Shown one piece after another: positions 6,855 to 11,168 of a stretch of DNA of 11,168 bases. Source of the DNA: Candidatus Heimdallarchaeota archaeon (GTDB lineage: Archaea > Asgardarchaeota > Heimdallarchaeia > Heimdallarchaeales > Heimdallarchaeaceae); contig JAEOSZ010000012.1 in the NCBI GenBank assembly GCA_016840095.1, forward strand, positions 1 to 11,168, read 5' to 3'. The first letter of the stretch is position 1. Each line of letters opens with the position of its first letter. The notes under the pieces were generated by a model. It saw only the letters and a list, made by a program, of their open reading frames with translations. It searched no databases and had not been told where the DNA came from. Position numbers and translations under genes: made by a program.

Positions 6855-7574
6855 CTAAAAGAGAAGAGGTTTCTCCCATACTCCTTCACTAGAAATAAAG
6901 AAAGAAACAACACCTGCAGCATCTACGAAAATCACTCGCTCAAAATATATTGAATACTTGTTGAATAATCCTCTGCTTTCAGTGTAAGAGACAAACTGAT
7001 AAATTACGAAATCAGGTCTTCTATTTTCATCTGAGAAGATTGCAGCTAGAGTAGTTTTTGCATCTTCAATTGTGTAATCTGTTACATCTAAGTTTTCAAA
7101 CTTTGAAAAGCTATCATATTCATCTGTTACATTATTCCAGTATGAAAAATAATTCCCACCATCACCATTGTCGAAAACATTTTCGATATAATCTTCATAA
7201 GATGTAGAGGTATTTACAGTTCCCAAAATTGTTCCGTTATATTGCAAAGTCATTCTTCTGGGCATAATCAGAGGAAAATCATAAACTGCTGAAATCCGAA
7301 GTTCTATAGAAGAAATTATGACTGATATATTCACAATAGCTTTCTCCGGTGCATTATAAATAAGATAAGTAGTATTCATATTTTCAAATATATCGGAGTT
7401 TACCCCAATGTTTTCTAAGTTATGTAAAATTTCTAGTTGTATTGTGCTGTCTGTATTATATTCTATATTTGTATTGAAAAAAATATCAGGAAACACATAG
7501 ATATTGAGTAAAGATACTGTAAATGCTAATATCATCACTGAAGCAGTACCTATAATCATGGGGTCTCTTTTCAT
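6855..7574 (-). CDS. Hypothetical protein with N-terminal signal/TM anchor and acidic extracellular domain
   Basis: MKRDPMIIGTASVMILAFTVSLLNIYVFP is a basic start plus TM, followed by 5 N-x-S/T sequons. Start placed at ATG 7574 because the ORF-track extension to 7787 overlaps mtd and TTTTATAAT (7607-7599) lies 25-33 nt upstream. Confidence 0.7.
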   Translation of the reverse strand: MKRDPMIIGTASVMILAFTVSLLNIYVFPDIFFNTNIEYNTDSTIQLEILHNLENIGVNSDIFENMNTTYLIYNAPEKAIVNISVIISSIELRISAVYDFPLIMPRRMTLQYNGTILGTVNTSTSYEDYIENVFDNGDGGNYFSYWNNVTDEYDSFSKFENLDVTDYTIEDAKTTLAAIFSDENRRPDFVIYQFVSYTESRGLFNKYSIYFERVIFVDAAGVVSFFISSEGVWEKPLLF

Positions 7575-7598
7575 TCTGATGTAGATTAAACCAAGCGC

Positions 7599-7695
7599 AT
7601 TATAAAACATTACTATTCGTTTAGATTTAGTTAAAAGATATTGTGCCACACAATAGAATATATAAAGGGTATAAAAAAATGATAAACTGATTACA
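7599..7695. promoter_or_regulatory. Divergent promoter region with two TATA boxes and palindrome TATTGTG-cca-CACAATA (7639-7655)
   Basis: Minus-strand TTTTATAAT at 7607-7599; plus-strand TATATAAA at 7659-7666 and TATAAAA at 7670-7676 before the mtd ATG at 7696; perfect 7-bp inverted arms between them. Confidence 0.6.
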
Positions 7696-8532
7696 ATGGT
7701 TAAGATTACTTTTGTTAAAATAGGAAACATCACTCTAACAACATTGATTGACATAATGTTGGATGAGAGAGCAAGTCGAACCGACATTGATGCTACCGTT
7801 ATTAGTTCTTCAACTAAGATGAAACCAGAAGCAGCTGAAAGGATTTTTCCTTTGATTGACCAAGTTGAAACAGATCTTATGGTTATGATCTCCCCAAATG
7901 CAAATGATAAGGGACCTCAATCTGTTATTGACAGATATAAAGAAAAGTACCCATTGATTGTAGTTTCTGATGGAGGAGATAAAGAAGCACGTGCAAAGTG
8001 GAAAGAGGAAGGTGTAGGTTATATCATCGTTCCTTTTGATCCAATGATTGGTGCTAAAAGAGATTATCTAGATGCTACAGAAATGTGCTTGTTCAATGGA
8101 TATATCATTAATACTTTCAGTGCTTGTGGAGTTTTCGCATATATCAATGATCTACTTGATGGTGTAATAGAACAGCTCAAAGCTGGAGAAAAACCAACTC
8201 TACCAACAAGAAACATGTCTGCAATTGGTGTATCAACATGGTATCCATTCTCTAGTGAATATTCTCGACCAAAAGCTTTAGCAGCTTTAACTATGCTACA
8301 GAATTCAGCTAACTTGAATGTAAATGGCTGTTTTGTAGAGAAGGACAGAGAAAGAGCTCTCATCAAAGTTGCTGGTGCTCATGAAATGGTTAGACAAGCT
8401 GGTTTACTAGCTGATGAAGTCAGAGAAATGGAAAAAGCAACTAATCATCTAATAAGAATGCCTCATGGAAAAGATGGTAAGCTTCTCCACAAAGTGCACT
8501 TCTTTGATGAAGCCCATGAAAAGAAAGAATAG
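7696..8532 (+). CDS. mtd: F420-dependent methylenetetrahydromethanopterin dehydrogenase
   Basis: 278 aa (typical length). N-terminal VKI..VK.GNI...IDIMLDERASR.DI, KM.PE, ISPN, DPMIGAKRDYLDATEM.LFN, GCFVEKD, VAGAHEM...A..LADE.RE.EK, R.PH..DG.L..K..F all match the Mtd family as I recall it. Confidence 0.92.
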   Translation: MVKITFVKIGNITLTTLIDIMLDERASRTDIDATVISSSTKMKPEAAERIFPLIDQVETDLMVMISPNANDKGPQSVIDRYKEKYPLIVVSDGGDKEARAKWKEEGVGYIIVPFDPMIGAKRDYLDATEMCLFNGYIINTFSACGVFAYINDLLDGVIEQLKAGEKPTLPTRNMSAIGVSTWYPFSSEYSRPKALAALTMLQNSANLNVNGCFVEKDRERALIKVAGAHEMVRQAGLLADEVREMEKATNHLIRMPHGKDGKLLHKVHFFDEAHEKKE

Positions 8533-8535
8533 ATA

Positions 8536-8561
8536 GTCTTTCTTCCTATTTCTCCTTTTTC
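8536..8561 (+). terminator. Pyrimidine-rich terminator candidate after mtd
   Basis: GTCTTTCTTCCTATTTCTCCTTTTTC after the TAG at 8532. A separate TATA-like TTTATATT (8570-8577) precedes the next gene. Confidence 0.45.
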
Positions 8562-8598
8562 TAGATATGTTTATATTTTTTTAACGAATCTTTCCTTG

Positions 8599-9240
8599 AT
8601 GCATGTAGCTTTAATCATATTTCTAGCAATTATTGGAATTCCTATTTCTTTCATTATTTATCATACAATTGTAAGGATAGTTAGAAAAATCCATCCTTTT
8701 CCAATCCCTCATTTTGTTACTAATTTGATTGACAACCCTGTTAGGAGAAAATACTGGCAAAAACCTGACGAACTAGCTGATAGAATGGGTGTTAAACCAG
8801 GAGATGTTGTACTAGAAGTAGGTCCAGGAAAAGGTACATATACAATGGCTGTTGCAAGTAGAATACTTCCAGAAGGAGTAGTTTATGCAATTGACATTCA
8901 ACAACCTGTACTAGATCGATTAGAGAAGAGATTGGAAGAGGAAGGTGTAACTAACATAATTCCAAAGATAGATGATGCATATAAACTGTCATTTGAAGAT
9001 GAGTCATTAGATGTTATCTTTGCTATTGCTTGTTTACCTGAAATCCCTAAACCAATTAATGTTCTTAAAGAATTCAAGCGAATACTGAAACCAGATGGAA
9101 GAATCTCTCTTTGTGAACTTTTCATTGATCCTGATTATCCATTAAGAAGAACAGAGAAAAAGTGGGCTAAGAAAGCAGGTTTGATTCTTAAAGAAGAATA
9201 TGGAAATTGGTGGGCTTATCAATTAAACTTCGGAAAGTAG
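8599..9240 (+). CDS. Class I SAM-dependent methyltransferase (UbiE/Methyltransf_11-like) with N-terminal TM helix
   Basis: Motif I VLEVGPGKG, post-I VYAIDIQ, LSFEDESLDVIF, LKEFKRILKPDGRI; N-terminal hydrophobic segment VALIIFLAIIGIPISFIIY. Start ATG 8599 (TTG 8596 possible). Confidence 0.88.
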   Translation: MHVALIIFLAIIGIPISFIIYHTIVRIVRKIHPFPIPHFVTNLIDNPVRRKYWQKPDELADRMGVKPGDVVLEVGPGKGTYTMAVASRILPEGVVYAIDIQQPVLDRLEKRLEEEGVTNIIPKIDDAYKLSFEDESLDVIFAIACLPEIPKPINVLKEFKRILKPDGRISLCELFIDPDYPLRRTEKKWAKKAGLILKEEYGNWWAYQLNFGK

Positions 9241-9249
9241 TTTGGTTAA

Positions 9250-9777
9250 TTATGATGTTGCAGCTGTTGAAGCTGATATCGCTGCAGTTTGTTGACTCCT
9301 TATCACCAAATCAATGATAATTGATGCTACCATTGCAATCTCGGGTTGAATTTCTTCATATACTTCAAGAGTATAATCACTGTGAAACAATCCAAAATTT
9401 CTATCTAAGAAGAAAACAAGTTTTCCACTTTTATCTATAAATTGATATGAAGATCCTTTAACTCTATAACCAGTATAAACTTCTGATTGGGTATCAATAT
9501 AGACCGTTTGATCACAAATATTTCTGCCAAAATGTAAAGTTGCTATAGTGAAGCCTTTCTTTTCAATTAGATATGATGACTTCCATCCAGAAGTTTTTCT
9601 TGCTCTAATAATCTCTTGTCCTTCATAGTCGTAGATGTATACATTATATTTGAAAGAACCATCTTTTTTTACAGAAAACATCTTTTTATCAGTTGCTAGA
9701 TCGATAATATCATATGATAATTTAAAGAAAGACATCTGTGGATAAATGGCAAATCCATATGGTACTTTTTCCCTCAT
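9250..9777 (-). CDS. LURP-one-related / Tubby C-terminal / scramblase-like protein (paralogue 2)
   Basis: Collinear with 6292..6795: PYGF, YDIIDLAT.K.MF, GQEI, F.LD+.F....DY..EV....PE.A......ID; Ala/Ser/Thr tail. Confidence 0.75.
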   Translation of the reverse strand: MREKVPYGFAIYPQMSFFKLSYDIIDLATDKKMFSVKKDGSFKYNVYIYDYEGQEIIRARKTSGWKSSYLIEKKGFTIATLHFGRNICDQTVYIDTQSEVYTGYRVKGSSYQFIDKSGKLVFFLDRNFGLFHSDYTLEVYEEIQPEIAMVASIIIDLVIRSQQTAAISASTAATS

Positions 9778-9787
9778 CTATTATTTT

Positions 9788-9799
9788 CTTGTGCACAAG
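9788..9799. promoter_or_regulatory. Perfect 12-bp palindrome CTTGTGCACAAG between TATA (9809-9803) and ATG 9777; candidate operator
   Basis: Read directly; lies in a 48-bp intergenic gap. Confidence 0.45.
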
Positions 9800-9825
9800 C
9801 AAATATATACGTAGCTAAATATTTT

Positions 9826-10362
9826 CTACATATGTAAAGGCATTTGAGTATCTGTACCTGATACTCTGTTTTTCTGTTTTTTCAATGAAAGTTGATCGAG
9901 TAGGACTCCAACTAGGATAGCAATTTCAGGTTCTATACTTTCAAATACTTCAACGATGATGTTGCTTTTAAATCCCTTGAAACCTTTATAGATCTCGAAA
10001 GAAACCTTTCCATTTTTCCCCACAAATTGAAAAGTTGAACCAATAAAACCTGATCCTATATAGGTCTTTTTTTCTGTTTCAATCTCATAGCTTGTATTGC
10101 AGCAGCTTGTTGAATAAGAGAATGTTCCACTTCTTATTTCATCTTTGAAGAATCTATAAACATTTGATCTGCTAGAAATTCTTCTCAGTACTAGTAGATC
10201 TTTTCCATTAGGACTTTGTAAGAACAACTCAGGTTTACGATTACCAGAAATACTTACTTCAAAAACAGTTTCATTTGATGCTAAATCTCTAATCTCATAT
10301 CTTGTTCCTGTATACTCTTTAAAAAGTATGAGCTCAAAACCATATGGTTCTATTTTTGACAT
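9826..10362 (-). CDS. LURP-one-related / Tubby C-terminal / scramblase-like protein (paralogue 3)
   Basis: PYGF, YEIRDLAS.E.VF, TY.G....GS.FQFV.K.GKV.F, EVFESIEPEIAILVGVLLD align with paralogues 1 and 2. Confidence 0.7.
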   Translation of the reverse strand: MSKIEPYGFELILFKEYTGTRYEIRDLASNETVFEVSISGNRKPELFLQSPNGKDLLVLRRISSRSNVYRFFKDEIRSGTFSYSTSCCNTSYEIETEKKTYIGSGFIGSTFQFVGKNGKVSFEIYKGFKGFKSNIIVEVFESIEPEIAILVGVLLDQLSLKKQKNRVSGTDTQMPLHM

Positions 10363-10400
10363 CTGAGATATTCTTTTTTAATATGATTAAAAATCTATCC

Positions 10401-10416
10401 AAATAAAAATAAATAA
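10401..10416 (-). terminator. Oligo-T terminator candidate after asnS
   Basis: Minus strand reads TTATTTATTTTTATTT immediately after the TGA ending at 10417. Confidence 0.45.
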
Positions 10417-11168
10417 TCAGGGATATACCCTGTTTCTAGTTCTTGGAAATGGCAAAGTTTCCTGAATTGCATCCAATCCACATAACCACCAGGTTAGTCT
10501 TTCAGCACCAAGACCAAAACCTGAGTGTGGAACTGAACCATATTTCCTTAGATCAACATACCATGCATAGTCTTCGATTTCCCATCCTTCTTCTTTAATG
10601 CGTCTAACAAGCGTATCTAGAACATCTTCTCGTTGACCGCCTGTAATGATTTCCCCAAAACCTTCAGGGGCCATTAAATCGGCTGAGAAACACCATTTAG
10701 GATCATCTTCGTGTAGCTTAACATAGAACGGTTTGTGACTGGAGGGATAGTCTCTTACGAAGAAAGGCTCATCAATGATGTTTGATAGAGCTCTTTCTTC
10801 TTCAGTTTTCATGTCATCATCCCAGTTTAGGTTAAATCCATTCTCGTTCAATGTGTCAATTGCCGTCTTGTAACTAATTTTCTTGAATGGTGCTTTGATT
10901 GTTTCAAGAACTGAAGTATCTCTTCCCAATTCCTTGAACTCTTTTGCATTATGTTTCAATACATATTGAACAATATAAGCAACTAACTCTTCTTGGATTT
11001 TCATGTTACCTTCGAAGTCGACAAATGCTTCTTCTCCTTCTATGTGCCAAAATTCATTCACATGTCTTTTGGTTCTCATTTTTTCTGCTCTGAAGCTAGG
11101 AGTTATTGCATATACTTTTTCTAAACTGTAAATGAGTGCTTCCAGATAAAGTTGAATACTCTGACTCA
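10417..11168 (-). CDS. asnS: Asparagine--tRNA ligase, catalytic C-terminal part (5' truncated by window edge)
   Basis: The frame stays open upstream of 11079 to the window end: SQSIQLYLEALIYSLEKVYAITPSFRAEKMRTKRHVNEFWHIEGE (class IIb motif 2), KPFY, DLMAPEGFGEIITGGQRE, WYVDLRKYGSVPHSGFGLGAERL (motif 3), PFPRT. Confidence 0.9.
   Translation of the reverse strand, partial: SQSIQLYLEALIYSLEKVYAITPSFRAEKMRTKRHVNEFWHIEGEEAFVDFEGNMKIQEELVAYIVQYVLKHNAKEFKELGRDTSVLETIKAPFKKISYKTAIDTLNENGFNLNWDDDMKTEEERALSNIIDEPFFVRDYPSSHKPFYVKLHEDDPKWCFSADLMAPEGFGEIITGGQREDVLDTLVRRIKEEGWEIEDYAWYVDLRKYGSVPHSGFGLGAERLTWWLCGLDAIQETLPFPRTRNRVYP

Noticed and set aside
7639-7655. Rex operator call for TTGTG...CACAA
   Set aside because: Rex sites are TTGTGAA-N4-TTCACAA; spacing and inner bases do not match.
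7575-7787. N-terminal extension of the 6855 ORF (apparent extra TM segment, head-to-head overlap with mtd)
   Set aside because: Translates the AT-rich divergent promoter and the antisense of mtd; ATG 7574 has its own TATA and a proper signal/anchor.
8064-9125. Minus-strand ORFs 8064..8366 and 8898..9125
   Set aside because: Antisense to mtd and the methyltransferase; no independent support.

Overview
AT-rich archaeal chromosomal segment. The F420-dependent Mtd, the archaeal-type AsnRS, TATA-box promoters and C-terminally anchored Ig-like surface proteins suggest an Asgard archaeon, possibly Heimdallarchaeia-like (inference). The left part (+ strand) holds the 3' end of one membrane-anchored surface protein and two tandem paralogous ~610-620 aa secreted Tyr/Asp-rich Ig-like glycoproteins. 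These two share an upstream motif with a TTG start and a conserved C-terminal 'SNTxTLDAPG-TM-basic tail' candidate sorting signal. The right part (mostly - strand) holds mtnA, an alpha/beta hydrolase with a Cys nucleophile elbow (GSCIG), three LURP-one/Tubby-C/scramblase-like paralogues with a positionally conserved Cys, a membrane-anchored hypothetical protein, a stand-alone divergent mtd, a membrane-anchored class I SAM methyltransferase and the 3' part of asnS. Most non-surface genes have a TATA-like box about 21-32 nt upstream of the start codon, which suggests leaderless transcripts. No mobile element, CRISPR array or RNA gene was seen.
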